A DNA stretch of 64,000 bases, taken from contig CAMYKK010000004.1 of assembly GCA_947258975.1 (NCBI GenBank), forward strand, positions 66,070-130,069. The letters run 5' to 3'. Source of the DNA: an uncultured Gammaproteobacteria bacterium. Its GTDB lineage: Bacteria > Pseudomonadota > Gammaproteobacteria > Arenicellales > JAANXG01. Below are positions 29,501-41,152 of this stretch, piece by piece. The notes beneath the pieces are model-generated. The model was given only the letters and a program-made list of their open reading frames with translations, ran no database searches and was not told the origin of the DNA. The position numbers were made by a program, and so were the translations under genes. How positions within the stretch are numbered: position 1 is the stretch's first letter; each line of letters opens with the position of its first letter.

Positions 29501-31237
29501 TTAGGTGCGATAGGCTTTTTCAATTTCGGTTCTGGTTAACACTCCATAGATTTTCTGCCTGCCCACGCCGCGGGCGCCGGTAACATATAATGCCTCGGTA
29601 CCCGATTTTTGCAGAATCTCCTCTGCTTCTTGAAGGGTCGCCAAGACATTGGTCCTGGACAGGTCTTTTCGCAGTGCCGGGATTTCCAACAGGTCTATGG
29701 TGTCGTCGTCGTTGTCTTTGAGATGGCGCGCAAGATCTGCGGCAGGCAGGAGCGCGACGGCTTCGCCTTCGTTACGAACTACGATCCAATTCGGTTCCTT
29801 TTTTAGCATGGTTTCCGCCGTAGTGCGCCTGATTTCCCGCGGCTCGCGTATGATGTTTCGGTCCATGACACTGGCGACGCCGACGCGTCGCAGAGCTTGA
29901 GCGATGGGATCATTGCGGTAATCCAGGCCCCGCGCCAGCATCAACATCCGGTATACGGAGGTTTTTCCAAACACAACCCGCGCCATCAGGCCTGCGGATA
30001 CCACCGCGATCATTCCCGGTAAGATAATGTTGGGGTTGGCCGTCAGTTCCAACATCGCGATCAACGCTGCTAACGGTGCTTGCAGGGTGGCGCCCATCAT
30101 CGCGCCCATTCCGAGCATGGCGTACAAGCCGGGCGTGCTGACATTGCCAATCCAAATCAGTGCCAGTGCGCCCATTGCACCGCCGGCGGTGGCGCCGATG
30201 ACCAGGGTCGGAGCAATCAACCCACCCGGCAACCCCAGACCAAGCCCCGCCGTGGTGGCGACCAGCTTGGCGCCAACGATCAACACTAACGCGGCCAGTG
30301 TGATTTCTCCCAATAATGCATTGTTGACCGTGTCGTATCCGATTCCCATGATCTCGGGCACCGGCACCGCGAGCAGGCCGACCAGCAACCCGGCCAGGCT
30401 GGTGCGGATCCACAATGGGTGACGGGAGAAAACACGTGTGGTCCACAGCAACAAGTGAACGAACAACGCAGCCAGGCTTCCGATGCAGACCCCCATGACC
30501 AATACGTACGGGAGCTCGGCGATGGACGACCACTCCAAGGGTGGTACGAAGAAGGCCGGTTCGGCGCCAAATACTGCGCGGGTCAGGGTGGTCGCACTTA
30601 CCGCGGCCAGAATAATAGGGGTAAATCCAAGGATGGTGTATTCCATCAGGACCACCTCCATCGCAAAAATGACCCCGGCCAACGGCGTATTGAATCCGGC
30701 TGCGATCGCGGCCGCCACCCCGCTACCAACCAGGATGCGCACGCTGTTGTTGGGTAATCCCAGACGCTGGCCGAGGCTACTGCCGGCCCACGCCCCCAAG
30801 TGAATACTGGGGCCCTCCCGGCCCACCGAATGTCCGCTGACAATGCTCAGCGCCGCGCCAATGAACTGCGCAACGGCATTGCGAAAAGGCAGGTGACCTT
30901 GATAATACGATAACCGCTCGATAACGTGGATAACACCGACTTGACGAGACGAATCGTTCACGAGCTGAAAGATAACGCCAATGATCAAACCACCGGCTAC
31001 GGGCAGTAACAAACGGGACAAGTCGGATAGACTCTCGTACGCCTCTGCGGTGCCCGCAGGAAGAAACGATTCTTGCGCGCCCTCTACGAGAACGCGGAAT
31101 ACAATGATGACAGCGCCGGATAATAATCCACACAGAATTCCCATCAATGATAACTGCGGCAGCGCCTCGATGTGTGCCATGCGCAAGCGCTGGCGTTCGA
31201 AGAACTGGGCGATGCGTTCCGACCAACTAGCCCGCAT
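29501..31237 (-). CDS. ClC-family chloride channel/transporter with C-terminal CBS domains
   Basis: 578 aa. Selectivity motifs GREGPSIHLG, GFNTPLAGVIFAMEV and GGLIAPTL, with a C-terminal CBS pair. Confidence 0.88.
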   Translation of the reverse strand: MRASWSERIAQFFERQRLRMAHIEALPQLSLMGILCGLLSGAVIIVFRVLVEGAQESFLPAGTAEAYESLSDLSRLLLPVAGGLIIGVIFQLVNDSSRQVGVIHVIERLSYYQGHLPFRNAVAQFIGAALSIVSGHSVGREGPSIHLGAWAGSSLGQRLGLPNNSVRILVGSGVAAAIAAGFNTPLAGVIFAMEVVLMEYTILGFTPIILAAVSATTLTRAVFGAEPAFFVPPLEWSSIAELPYVLVMGVCIGSLAALFVHLLLWTTRVFSRHPLWIRTSLAGLLVGLLAVPVPEIMGIGYDTVNNALLGEITLAALVLIVGAKLVATTAGLGLGLPGGLIAPTLVIGATAGGAMGALALIWIGNVSTPGLYAMLGMGAMMGATLQAPLAALIAMLELTANPNIILPGMIAVVSAGLMARVVFGKTSVYRMLMLARGLDYRNDPIAQALRRVGVASVMDRNIIREPREIRRTTAETMLKKEPNWIVVRNEGEAVALLPAADLARHLKDNDDDTIDLLEIPALRKDLSRTNVLATLQEAEEILQKSGTEALYVTGARGVGRQKIYGVLTRTEIEKAYRT

Positions 31238-31507
31238 AATTCACCACCGCGCCCCGTCCCTATTCATGGGGATGCCTGCACCGCAAAAATCTGCCGCGAT
31301 TCTTATGAGAAATGGTGACGTCGATGCTCCGGTTACTTGGCAAGAAGACAGGCGGAACTGATCCGGCGCGGGCTTGGTCGCGAGTGTAGCGCACTTGCAA
31401 TGCACGCAATCTCGGGCCAAGGCCGTGCACGCCGATTCAGCGCGGTGTACGGCTGCCGATACCCTCGCGATCATGGCGCGCAGCGTCGCTCATACAATGC
31501 GCTGACG

Positions 31508-32896
31508 CTAAAACGGTAGTACAACGTCTGGCCGGGTTTGCCGTATAAGCGTGCGAAATTGCTCCTGAATACGTTCCAGGGCCGCATGGTCGTCGCCTTC
31601 GAACCGTAACACGAGTATCGGAGTGGTATTAGAAGCACGCACCAACCCGAAACCATCAACAAAATCGACCCGCAGTCCGTCGATCAGACTGACTTGCCCG
31701 TCCGAGAAATCAGCATTATCGGCCAGTTCCTTCATGGCCACGAAGTGTTCGCCTTCCTCGAAATCGATGCGCAATTCGGGTGTGTTAACACTGTCAGGTA
31801 ATTCGGCGAATACTTCAGCGGGTGGGCGATCCTCTTTGGACAACAACTCGATGAGCCGGGCGCCGGCATAGAGACCGTCATCAAATCCATACCACCGCTC
31901 CTTAAAGAAGAAATGTCCACTCATTTCCCCTGCCAGTGCGGCGGTATCACTCTGCTTGAGTTTCGCCTTGATAAACGAATGGCCCGTCCGCCACATCAAC
32001 GGAACACCGCCAGCAGCTTCGATGGCCACGGGAAGCATACGCGAGCATTTTACGTCATAGATGATCTGCGCCCCTGGTTGCCGGCTGAGTACATCGCGGG
32101 CGTACAAGATCATCTGCCGGTCCGGCCAGACAACCGTGCCATCCGGTGAGATCACCCCGAGCCGATCACCGTCACCGTCGAACGCGAGGCCCAGGTCTGC
32201 CTCGGCGCTAGTTACGGCGTGGATCAAATCTTGCAGATTCTCCAGTTGGCTGGGGTCTGGATGGTGATTGGGAAATTCGCCGTTCACATCGCAAAACAGT
32301 TCAATGATTTCGCAACCGAGGCGGCGAAACAGTGCGGGGGCGACGGCACCGGCTATGCCGTTTCCGCAGTCGATCGCTATTTTGAGTGGTCTGTGAATAT
32401 CCATATCGCCGACAATGCGCTCGATATACGCGCCGATCACCTCCTTTTGCGTGCACCGCCCGCTGCCCGATGATAATTCACCGTTCAATATCCGTTGTTT
32501 CAGGCCCTGGATCCGCTCGCCAGACAGTGTCTCACCGGCGATCATGATCTTAAAGCCGTTGTAATTTGGTGGATTGTGACTGCCGGTCACCGCCACTGCA
32601 GAACCGACGTTCAAATGTTGGTTGGCAAAGTAAACCACTGGTGTTGGAGCCGGTCCGATGTCCACGACATCGCATCCCGACGCCAGAATTCCCTCGGACA
32701 GGGCATCGCAGAGCATGGGGCCCGACAGACGGCCGTCGCGACCAATCACCACAGCGGCATTACCGTGCGCTTGCGCATCGCTCCCGATGGCCTGACCGAT
32801 GAGGCGTGCGTTGTCTGTGGTCAAGGTGTGATCGATCACACCGCGGATGTCATAGGCTTTGAAAATCTCGTCCGGGAGGGGATGTTTATTGTTCAT
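31508..32896 (-). CDS. algC: phosphomannomutase/phosphoglucomutase
   Basis: 462 aa. Active-site VTGSHNPPNYNGFKI and metal loop FDGDGDRLG. Confidence 0.9.
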   Translation of the reverse strand: MNNKHPLPDEIFKAYDIRGVIDHTLTTDNARLIGQAIGSDAQAHGNAAVVIGRDGRLSGPMLCDALSEGILASGCDVVDIGPAPTPVVYFANQHLNVGSAVAVTGSHNPPNYNGFKIMIAGETLSGERIQGLKQRILNGELSSGSGRCTQKEVIGAYIERIVGDMDIHRPLKIAIDCGNGIAGAVAPALFRRLGCEIIELFCDVNGEFPNHHPDPSQLENLQDLIHAVTSAEADLGLAFDGDGDRLGVISPDGTVVWPDRQMILYARDVLSRQPGAQIIYDVKCSRMLPVAIEAAGGVPLMWRTGHSFIKAKLKQSDTAALAGEMSGHFFFKERWYGFDDGLYAGARLIELLSKEDRPPAEVFAELPDSVNTPELRIDFEEGEHFVAMKELADNADFSDGQVSLIDGLRVDFVDGFGLVRASNTTPILVLRFEGDDHAALERIQEQFRTLIRQTRPDVVLPF

Positions 32897-32994
32897 TGTT
32901 GATTATCGTTTAGATTTAAAAACCGGCTCGCGGATACTCGCCATATTGCCATTGTACTCGTCTTCTGTGTAATTCGCTGAATTCAACTGCAGGA

Positions 32995-34416
32995 TCAGTT
33001 GGCACGATGAATCGCACGTTTGTTGACTGCTAGAGCGGCCTCGTGAACCGCCTCTGACAGCGTGGGGTGGGCATGCACGGTCCTTGCGATGTCCTCGGCG
33101 CTCGCGGAAAATTCCATAGCGACGACGACTTCCGCGATCAACTCAGACGCCTGGGCACCGATGATATGCACGCCCAGAATCTCATCGGTGTGTTTGTGAG
33201 CGAGGATTTTCACTCGACCAGCCGTGTCCTCGGCAGCGAGGGCACGGCCAGTGGCAGCGAACGGAAACACACCAGCGTTGTACGGAATTTTCTCCTTTTG
33301 CAGGTCTTGTTCGGTGTGGCCGACCCAGGCAATCTCAGGATGTGTGTAGATTACCCAGGGGATTACCTCATAATTGACCTGCGCCGATTGACCGGCAATG
33401 AGTTCAGCAACAGCGTTCCCTTCTTCCGAGCCTTTGTGAGCGAGCATCGGGCCGCGTACGACATCCCCGACCGCGTACACGTTCGCCGCGCTGGTGCGGC
33501 AGTGTTCATCTACGCGGATGAATCCGCGGTCGTCAAGCTCAACACCGGCTTCGGGTCCGAACAAGTCCTCCGTGTACGGGCGTCGGCCGACGGCGATGAC
33601 CAGGTGATCAACCTTTAATTGATGATCGCCATCATTGTCCGCGTAGGACACATTGACTGCGTCAGCGGCTGACTTCGCCCCCTTCACAGTAGCGCCAAGT
33701 CTGATGTCCAGTTCCTGTTGTTTGAATTGCCGCTCGGCGTCTTTAGCAATCTGTTGGTCCACTGATGGCAATAACGTCGGCAATGTCTCTAATATGACGA
33801 CCTTAGAACCCAGACGGCCCCAGACACTGCCTAATTCAAGACCGATCACGCCTGCGCCTACGATGCCCAGACGTTTGGGCACCTGTTTGAAACTCAAGGC
33901 GCCGGTGGAGTCGACGATACGTTTACCGTCGAAGGGCGCAATCGCAAGCTCAATCGGTGCAGAACCCGTTGCCAAGATCACGTTAGCGGCGTGCAAAACT
34001 TCTTCCCCCTCGTGCATCGATACCTTGACTTGGTCCTTTGCCAACATTTGCCCATGGCCATGGATAGAGATGACCTGGTTGTGCTTGAAGAGCCCCGCGA
34101 TGCCCTTGGTCAGGGTAGACACGATCTTCTCTTTGCGAGCCAGCATGGCTTTGACATCCATGACGGCGCCGTCGATCCTAATCCCATGGGACTGCAGTTG
34201 ATGCTGAACGCGATGGTAATGGCCCGAGGAATCCAGCAGGGCCTTGGATGGTATGCAACCCACGTTCAAACACGTGCCTCCCAAGGAGGCCTTGCCGGCG
34301 TCACTGGTCCACTGGTCCACGCAGGCCGTGTTCAGCCCTAATTGGGCGCAACGGATAGCCGCGACATATCCAGCCGGTCCGGCGCCGATGACAACTACAT
34401 CAAAACGCTTTGCCAT
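32995..34416 (-). CDS. lpdA: dihydrolipoyl dehydrogenase (E3)
   Basis: 473 aa. GAGPAGY FAD motif, redox disulfide GGTCLNVGCIPSKALL, C-terminal HAHPTLSE. Confidence 0.94.
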   Translation of the reverse strand: MAKRFDVVVIGAGPAGYVAAIRCAQLGLNTACVDQWTSDAGKASLGGTCLNVGCIPSKALLDSSGHYHRVQHQLQSHGIRIDGAVMDVKAMLARKEKIVSTLTKGIAGLFKHNQVISIHGHGQMLAKDQVKVSMHEGEEVLHAANVILATGSAPIELAIAPFDGKRIVDSTGALSFKQVPKRLGIVGAGVIGLELGSVWGRLGSKVVILETLPTLLPSVDQQIAKDAERQFKQQELDIRLGATVKGAKSAADAVNVSYADNDGDHQLKVDHLVIAVGRRPYTEDLFGPEAGVELDDRGFIRVDEHCRTSAANVYAVGDVVRGPMLAHKGSEEGNAVAELIAGQSAQVNYEVIPWVIYTHPEIAWVGHTEQDLQKEKIPYNAGVFPFAATGRALAAEDTAGRVKILAHKHTDEILGVHIIGAQASELIAEVVVAMEFSASAEDIARTVHAHPTLSEAVHEAALAVNKRAIHRAN

Positions 34417-34542
34417 TGTGATTCATCCAGTTACGGTTAAGACTTGTAATTTATGTTGGATGTGCGACGCGTGGTGGGCCGGTCCCGGGTTGACCATGCT
34501 GCGTCGGTGCAGAACGCGACTTACAAAGCGCATCCAGGATTG

Positions 34543-35751
34543 TCAGATCTCCAACATCAGGCGCGCTGGATCTTCGAGTGACTCTTTTATCGTCACCAGA
34601 AATCGCACCGCTTCAGCGCCGTCAATAATTCGATGGTCATAAGTCAGGGCCAGATACATCATGGGCCGAATAACGACTTCGCCATCCTCTGCCACGGGCC
34701 GTTGCTCGATGCGGTGCATACCCAAGATGGCGCTTTGCGGCGGATTTAGAATCGGCGTAGAGAGCATGGAGCCGAATATGCCGCCGTTTGTAACGGTAAA
34801 CGTACCGCCGGTTAGTTGGTCCATGGCCAGGGTTCCAGCGCGGGCTTTTTCGGCCAAGTTGGCGATTTCAGTCTCCAATTCAGCAAAGCTTTTTTCGTCG
34901 GTGTCACGCACGACCGGTACGACCAATCCTCGCGGCGATGCCGCGGCAATCCCAATGTCGTAGTAGTCATGAAAGACGATGTCGTTTCCTTCGATGGAAC
35001 CATTTACCGCTGGATATCGTTTCAGTGCTTCAACGCTGGCTTTGACAAAAAACGACATAAATCCCAGACGTGCGCCGTGCTTCTTTTCGAACAGGTCTTT
35101 GTATTTTTTTCTAAGGTCGAGCACCGCCTGGAGGTTTACGTCATTGAACGTGGTCAGCATTGCCGCGGTGTGTTGAGCTTGTACCAACCGCTGAGCGATG
35201 GTTGTCCGGAGACGGGACATCGGTTCCCGCCGGTCGGTTCGGTCGCCTTTCGTTACCGTGGCCACGAAAGTGGGCGCAGCGGCAGCCGGTTGCGGGGCAG
35301 CTTCGATCTCGCTGCCGCCATCGAGAAACTTGATGACGTCCGCCTTGGTCACGCGCCCGTCCTTACCGGTTCCCGGTATTATCGAGATATCCAGGCTATT
35401 TTCCGCCACTAGCTTGCGCACCGCCGGGCTCATCTGCGCGGCGGCAAGCGCCGGTTCGGGCTCAGGCTCCGTCTCCCGGTGGGTTGACGATTCCGCCGCC
35501 GGTGGTTCGATCTTTGCCGGCTCGATGACGGCGAGCAATTCATCGCTGGTCACGATATCGCCGCTATTGCGCGCCAGTTCCTTGATCACGCCGTCCCGCG
35601 GCGCGGGTACCTCGAGTACCACCTTCTCGGTCTCGATATCGACCAGGATTTCGTCACGGCGAACCATATCGCCGACCTTTTTGTGCCACGTCAACACTGT
35701 CGCTTCGGTGATAGATTCCGGCAACATCGGAACTTTGACATCAACTGACAT
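34543..35751 (-). CDS. sucB: 2-oxoglutarate dehydrogenase E2, dihydrolipoyllysine-residue succinyltransferase
   Basis: 402 aa. Lipoyl domain ([13 protein letters not shown]), Ala/Pro linker, and catalytic [12 protein letters not shown]. Confidence 0.94.
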   Translation of the reverse strand: MSVDVKVPMLPESITEATVLTWHKKVGDMVRRDEILVDIETEKVVLEVPAPRDGVIKELARNSGDIVTSDELLAVIEPAKIEPPAAESSTHRETEPEPEPALAAAQMSPAVRKLVAENSLDISIIPGTGKDGRVTKADVIKFLDGGSEIEAAPQPAAAAPTFVATVTKGDRTDRREPMSRLRTTIAQRLVQAQHTAAMLTTFNDVNLQAVLDLRKKYKDLFEKKHGARLGFMSFFVKASVEALKRYPAVNGSIEGNDIVFHDYYDIGIAAASPRGLVVPVVRDTDEKSFAELETEIANLAEKARAGTLAMDQLTGGTFTVTNGGIFGSMLSTPILNPPQSAILGMHRIEQRPVAEDGEVVIRPMMYLALTYDHRIIDGAEAVRFLVTIKESLEDPARLMLEI

Positions 35752-38548
35752 GACGGTGCTCGCTTAGTTTTTCGTGATCTTCGACAAAGGGTGATAGGGC
35801 GTCGTCAATTAGGCGCCGCTGACTTTCGAGGTGAATCGCGTAATTGCCGGCAGCAGGAGCCGGGGATGGCGGACGACCGGCGTAAACGAGACCTTGATCC
35901 CGCCGGATACAGGCTCGTAAATGATGTAGGATCTGGTACCAAGGACCTTGATTTCTCGGCTCCTCCTGACACCAGATCACTTCGTGAACGTTCTTATAGC
36001 GAATAAGACACGCCTTGATCCGGTCGCGGGGGAAGGGATACAGCTGCTCCACACGCACGATCGCGACGTTAATTTGCTCCCGTCTGCGGCGCTCTTCCAA
36101 CAGATCGAAATACACCTTGCCGCTACATAACACGACACGGTCGATCGCTTCGTCATCGTGCGCATCCATCTCACCGATAGTGACTTGAAATGATTCCTTT
36201 TCCAACTCCGCGAGCCCTGAAGTGGACAATTTGTGGCGCAACAGGCTCTTGGGTGTCATTACGATCAGTGGACGACGGTAAGGCCGGATTGCTTGGCGCC
36301 GCAACAAGTGAAACATCTGGGATGGCGTCGTCGGTGCGCACACCTGCATATTGGCATCCGCGCATAACTGCAGGTAACGCTCGAGACGTGCGGAGGAATG
36401 TTCCGGTCCCTGGCCCTCATAACCATGGGGCAGCAACATGACCAAGCCACACAAACGATTCCACTTGGCTTCGCCGCTGCTAATGAACTGATCAATAACG
36501 ACTTGCGCACCATTCGCGAAATCACCGAATTGGGCCTCCCAGATCACTAATGTCTGTGGTTCCGCCGTCGCGTAGCCATACTCGAACGCCAGCACCGCCT
36601 CTTCCGAAAGTAATGAATTGATCGCCAGGAATCGAGGTTGCGCGTCAAACAGGTTTCGCAGCGGAACGTAAACTTCGGCACTGTTCTGGTCGTGTAACGC
36701 CGCATGTCGGTGAAAGAACGTTCCGCGAGCGGAGTCCTGACCGGAGAGGCGCACCGAGTAGCCATCTTTCAGGAGTGAGGCATAGGCCAGCGTCTCCGCC
36801 ATTCCCCAATCCAATGGCAATTCGCCTTCCATCATCTTACGCCGGTCGGCCATCACCTTCGTAATTCTCGGATGTAAAGCAAATTCTTTGGGCAGTTCCT
36901 GTAAGCGGGCCGCGATTTCTCTTAGTTGACTTGCCGCAACACCGGTAATGACCTCGCTGTCCCAGGTTGTGTTCAGGTACGGTATCCAGTCCACCGCATA
37001 CTCGTTTTTAACCTGGGCGAGGAAGTCTTCGACAACAATATGTCCTTCATCAAGGGATGAGCGGTAATCGTCAACCAATAGTTCAGCGTCTGATTCACTG
37101 ATAACGCCAGCCAAAACCAGTTTGTCCGCGTAACACTGCCGGGTCGTTGCCAGCGACTTAATCTTCTTGTACATCAACGGTTGTGTGACTGTTGGCTCGT
37201 CGGCTTCGTTATGACCGTGTCGTCGATAGCAAATAAGATCAATAATTACATCTTTGTTGAACCGCATCCGATAGTCGAGGGCGACCTGAGTGATAAATAC
37301 CACCGCTTCAGGATCATCGGCGTTTACATGGAATATGGGCGCTTGCACCATCTTGGCGACTTCAGTGCAATACAGCGTCGAGCGGGCGTCCAGCGGATTG
37401 CTGGTGGTGAAGCCGATCTGGTTGTTCACGATAATGTGCACCGATCCGCCGGTGCGGTAGCCGCGGGTCTTGGACATATTGAAGGTCTCCATGACCACGC
37501 CCTGACCGGCAAATGCGGCGTCGCCGTGGATGATCACCGGCAATACCACGTTTCCATCCCGATCTTCGCGGCGCAACTGTCTGGCCTTCACTGAGCCTTC
37601 CACTACCGGGTTTACGATTTCCAGATGCGATGGATTAAACGCCAGCGCGATATGCACCGGTCCCCCGGGAGTTTGCATGTCGGAGGAAAAGCCCTGATGG
37701 TATTTGACGTCACCGGTGCCGGTTAGCTTAGTTCGATCGACTTTACCCTCAAACTCATGGAACAATTGTTGCGGATTCTTACCTAAGATATTTACCAGCA
37801 CATTAAGTCGTCCCCGATGCGCCATGCCGATGACGATTTCCTTGATTCCCTTACTACCGCTGTGCTGAATTAGCTCATCCAAGGACGGGATTAGCGCCTC
37901 GCTGCCTTCTAGAGAAAAACGCTTTTGCCCGACGTATTTAGTATGCAGGTATTTCTCAATGCCTTCCGCGGCAGTGATGCGCTTTAAGATCTCGCGACGT
38001 TGATCAGACGTAAATTTCGGGTGACCTTGGATTGTTTCAAGGCGATCCTGAATCCACCGTTTCTCCTGAGTATTGGTAATGTGCATGTACTCCGAGCCGA
38101 TAGTGCCGCAATACGTGTGCCGCAGCAGATCGAGGATATCGGATAACTTCATATTATCCGGTGCGGCAAGGGAGCCGGAATTGAACACTTGCTCCATGTC
38201 GGCAGCAGTCAATCCGTGAAACTCAGGGTCTAAATCCTGTACCGGTTCGGTTTCCATGAGACCCAAAGGATCGAGTTGTGCTTGTTGATGCCCGCATACG
38301 CGATGCGCGTTGATAATTCTGAGAACCGACCCCTGCTTCTCCGCTTCGCGGTATGGCGGCGCAGATGATTCGGCACCGGACTCGAGCCGATGTTGTTGCA
38401 GGCTGGCGAAGAAATCACGCCACTGTTCATCAACTGATGCGGGATCGTCAAGGTAACGCGCGTAAAGCTGATCCAGGTATTGCGCGTTGGCTCCGGTGAG
38501 GAGGGTGTCCCGCGATAATTTAAAAAATGATTTGACTGGCCCGATCAT
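35741..38548 (-). CDS. sucA: 2-oxoglutarate dehydrogenase E1 component
   Basis: 935 aa, full-length colinear with SucA ([37 protein letters not shown]). 11-nt overlap with sucB. Confidence 0.95.
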   Translation of the reverse strand: MIGPVKSFFKLSRDTLLTGANAQYLDQLYARYLDDPASVDEQWRDFFASLQQHRLESGAESSAPPYREAEKQGSVLRIINAHRVCGHQQAQLDPLGLMETEPVQDLDPEFHGLTAADMEQVFNSGSLAAPDNMKLSDILDLLRHTYCGTIGSEYMHITNTQEKRWIQDRLETIQGHPKFTSDQRREILKRITAAEGIEKYLHTKYVGQKRFSLEGSEALIPSLDELIQHSGSKGIKEIVIGMAHRGRLNVLVNILGKNPQQLFHEFEGKVDRTKLTGTGDVKYHQGFSSDMQTPGGPVHIALAFNPSHLEIVNPVVEGSVKARQLRREDRDGNVVLPVIIHGDAAFAGQGVVMETFNMSKTRGYRTGGSVHIIVNNQIGFTTSNPLDARSTLYCTEVAKMVQAPIFHVNADDPEAVVFITQVALDYRMRFNKDVIIDLICYRRHGHNEADEPTVTQPLMYKKIKSLATTRQCYADKLVLAGVISESDAELLVDDYRSSLDEGHIVVEDFLAQVKNEYAVDWIPYLNTTWDSEVITGVAASQLREIAARLQELPKEFALHPRITKVMADRRKMMEGELPLDWGMAETLAYASLLKDGYSVRLSGQDSARGTFFHRHAALHDQNSAEVYVPLRNLFDAQPRFLAINSLLSEEAVLAFEYGYATAEPQTLVIWEAQFGDFANGAQVVIDQFISSGEAKWNRLCGLVMLLPHGYEGQGPEHSSARLERYLQLCADANMQVCAPTTPSQMFHLLRRQAIRPYRRPLIVMTPKSLLRHKLSTSGLAELEKESFQVTIGEMDAHDDEAIDRVVLCSGKVYFDLLEERRRREQINVAIVRVEQLYPFPRDRIKACLIRYKNVHEVIWCQEEPRNQGPWYQILHHLRACIRRDQGLVYAGRPPSPAPAAGNYAIHLESQRRLIDDALSPFVEDHEKLSEHRHVS

Positions 38549-38849
38549 TCGTCACTGCAGCTTCCAGATGAATTGTTGCACCACGACAATGACGTGGTGC
38601 CGCTGAGACTATCAGTTCGAGTTTGCCCGTGCATGTTGCACCAACCGCCAGCTCTGTTTTGAACTCCTGGACTTGCGCTCCACTCGACGAGCAGCTACGG
38701 CTATGCATATCGTTCCAGTGCAACATCCAGGCGCCCGGCCCTTGCACCATCTTCCGGGATCCTTGCCGCAATGTGCGGGCTCGAATGATTCAGTGAGTGG
38801 AAATTATAAATCAATAAACGGTGCAGGGCTAAGATGTTTCGTTGCCAGG

Positions 38850-40136
38850 TTACCCGCGCTCTTCCAGTGGCACGAAGTCACGGTTTTCGGGACCGTTATA
38901 GATCTGCCGGGGTCGGGCAATCCGTGTTGCCTCGTCGGCAACCATCTCCATCCATTGGGCGACCCAGCCGGCCGTGCGTGGGATCGCGAACATTACTGTG
39001 AAGATGTCAGTGGGAAATTCCAATGCTTCATAGATGATGCCCGAATAAAAATCGACGTTGGGGTACAACTTACGTCCAACAAAATAGTCGTCCTCCAAGG
39101 CAATCCGCTCCAACTCCAAGGCGATGTCGATCAGTGGATTCTTACCGGTGACCTCAAACACCTGGTACGCAGTCTCTTTGATGATCTTCGCCCGGGGATC
39201 GTAATTCTTATACACCCGATGTCCAAAACCCATCAGACGCATCTCGCCGGCCTTTACCCGTTTTATGTACTTGGCGACATTTTTTACCGACCCAATTTCA
39301 TTGAGCATCGTCAGCACCGCCTCGTTGGCGCCGCCGTGCAAGGGGCCATAGAGGGCCGCAGCGGCGCCTGCGCATGCAACAAAAGGATCTGCTTGCGAAC
39401 TGCCGACACTGCGCATTGCGTTGGTACTGCAGTTTTGCTCGTGATCGGCATGCAGAATAAATAGCACATCCAACGCCCGCTCCAGCGTCGGGTCCGGTTC
39501 ATACTTTGGCTCCGCCATTCGGTACATCATGTTGAGAAAGTTGCCGGGATAACTCAGCGAGTTGTCCGGATACACATACGGCAGTCCCAAGCTGTTGCGG
39601 TACGCGTAAGATGCGATCGTCGGAACTTTTCCGATCAGCCGGTACACCTGCAACATTCGGGTATCGTAATCATCGATTTTTTTTGCGTCTGGATAAAACG
39701 TCGACAACGCACCGATGCTGCTAACCAACATGCCCATGGGATGAGCGTTATGGTGGAATCCCTCCATAAGTTTCTTGCCTTTCTCGTGAAGCATGGTGTG
39801 GTGAGTGATATTGTTGATCCATGACGTCAATTCGACTTTGTTTGGCAGTTCGCCGTGGACTAGCAAGTACGCCACTTCCAGAAATGTACTTCGCTCAGCC
39901 AATTGCTCGATGGGATATCCACGGTAGCGAAGTACGCCGTTGTCACCGTCCAGATAGGTGACTGCGCTTGTGCACGAAGCGGTATTAGAGAACGCGGGAT
40001 CGTAGCTCAACAGCCCGACATCTTCCGCGGATGCTTTAATTTGCCGAAGATCGCTGGCGCTGATTGTTCCGCTGGTGATTGCGAGTTCGTACTGTTTGCC
40101 AGTACGGTTATCGGTAACCGTCAAAGTATCAGTCAT
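38850..40136 (-). CDS. gltA: citrate synthase (type II)
   Basis: 428 aa. LILHADHEQNCSTN and GFGHRVYKNYDPRA. Confidence 0.95.
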   Translation of the reverse strand: MTDTLTVTDNRTGKQYELAITSGTISASDLRQIKASAEDVGLLSYDPAFSNTASCTSAVTYLDGDNGVLRYRGYPIEQLAERSTFLEVAYLLVHGELPNKVELTSWINNITHHTMLHEKGKKLMEGFHHNAHPMGMLVSSIGALSTFYPDAKKIDDYDTRMLQVYRLIGKVPTIASYAYRNSLGLPYVYPDNSLSYPGNFLNMMYRMAEPKYEPDPTLERALDVLFILHADHEQNCSTNAMRSVGSSQADPFVACAGAAAALYGPLHGGANEAVLTMLNEIGSVKNVAKYIKRVKAGEMRLMGFGHRVYKNYDPRAKIIKETAYQVFEVTGKNPLIDIALELERIALEDDYFVGRKLYPNVDFYSGIIYEALEFPTDIFTVMFAIPRTAGWVAQWMEMVADEATRIARPRQIYNGPENRDFVPLEERG

Positions 40137-40225
40137 GGCGTACCTCTTGATGCATCCTTACGTTGAAAAGTTTGAGTGCATGGTCCCGACGCGACGCACC
40201 GCATATAAAAAACCGTATGCAGCGT

Positions 40226-41140
40226 TCAATGAAGAACTGTCTCATGAGATTGGTTTTCATTGGCGGTCGCGATCAACTCGTAAATCTTAGTACGATTGCG
40301 GCCTTGGTGCTTGGCATTCAATAGCGCACGGTCGGCACGCTTTAGCACTTGTTTGTAGTTCATATCGAAAGGATCGGTGACACTCAAACCACCGGTCCAG
40401 CCAAGGGTGTGAAAAACACCCTCCGTGACTTCCATAGTTAAGGGCAGCTGTGTTCGCAAGCGACCAGCGAGAGACATCGCCATCGTTAGGCGCGTTTGTG
40501 GAAACACGATACAAAATTCATCGCCTCCCATGCGCGCGATCAGATCCCGTTCCCTCACCCGGTCCTTGAGTTCCACCGCAAAATTTTTAATCACCTGGTC
40601 ACCGATGTCATGCCCATATCGGTCATTGATATCTTTGAAGTAATCCAGGTCGATCAACAGGATCGACACCGGCGCCTTGGTTTGGGGTCGGTCAAATAGA
40701 CGGCGCAGCCATTGTTCGAGGGCGCGGCGATTGCCCACGTCGCACAGCGGGTCGGTGAGGCCCAGGATGATCAGTTTTTGTCGTTCTTCTTGCACCAATT
40801 TAGACAGCGGTTTCAGCTCTTCGGTGTAAAGCTCGGTGCGGAGATGTAGGCCTGATCGCCTGCCTGCCATTTGCGCCAGGAGTTTTGCGTCGTGACTAAG
40901 TGCCCGCAGCCATTGGCCCCGGGCACGCAGGTTCAACCACAGCACCAGTGACGACACAATGGCCGACCCAATAGCGGCGGCAATCAAGTCCCGCGCCGGT
41001 ACTCCGGAGAGGAAGAACGACCCCAAACATACCGCTATCAACCCCACCATCATGACCATGGTCAATGCCAGGGTGACGAGCGAGGACCGTCTCAGGTTGG
41101 TGCTCGAAGAATTGCCGGCGTTGATCTTGTTCGTGGGCAC
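40226..41140 (-). CDS. membrane-anchored diguanylate cyclase (GGDEF domain)
   Basis: 304 aa. Two N-terminal TM helices, RMGGDEFCIVF active site, and an RxxD-type I-site context. Confidence 0.85.
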   Translation of the reverse strand: MPTNKINAGNSSSTNLRRSSLVTLALTMVMMVGLIAVCLGSFFLSGVPARDLIAAAIGSAIVSSLVLWLNLRARGQWLRALSHDAKLLAQMAGRRSGLHLRTELYTEELKPLSKLVQEERQKLIILGLTDPLCDVGNRRALEQWLRRLFDRPQTKAPVSILLIDLDYFKDINDRYGHDIGDQVIKNFAVELKDRVRERDLIARMGGDEFCIVFPQTRLTMAMSLAGRLRTQLPLTMEVTEGVFHTLGWTGGLSVTDPFDMNYKQVLKRADRALLNAKHQGRNRTKIYELIATANENQSHETVLH

Positions 41141-41152
41141 TCGGCGGATCTC

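Noticed and set aside
29910-30533. 207-aa minus-strand ORF
   Set aside because: Alternative frame of the ClC channel gene, with an Arg/Gly/His-rich translation.
31238-31507. Fluoride (crcB-motif) riboswitch upstream of the ClC gene
   Set aside because: The reverse-strand leader lacks the conserved GATGG...GTTC...CTGATGA core. This ClC has CBS domains and canonical chloride-type selectivity motifs.
38673-39464. 263-aa plus-strand ORF
   Set aside because: Mostly antisense to gltA. Its 5' part covers the gltA-sucA spacer with no RBS or motif.
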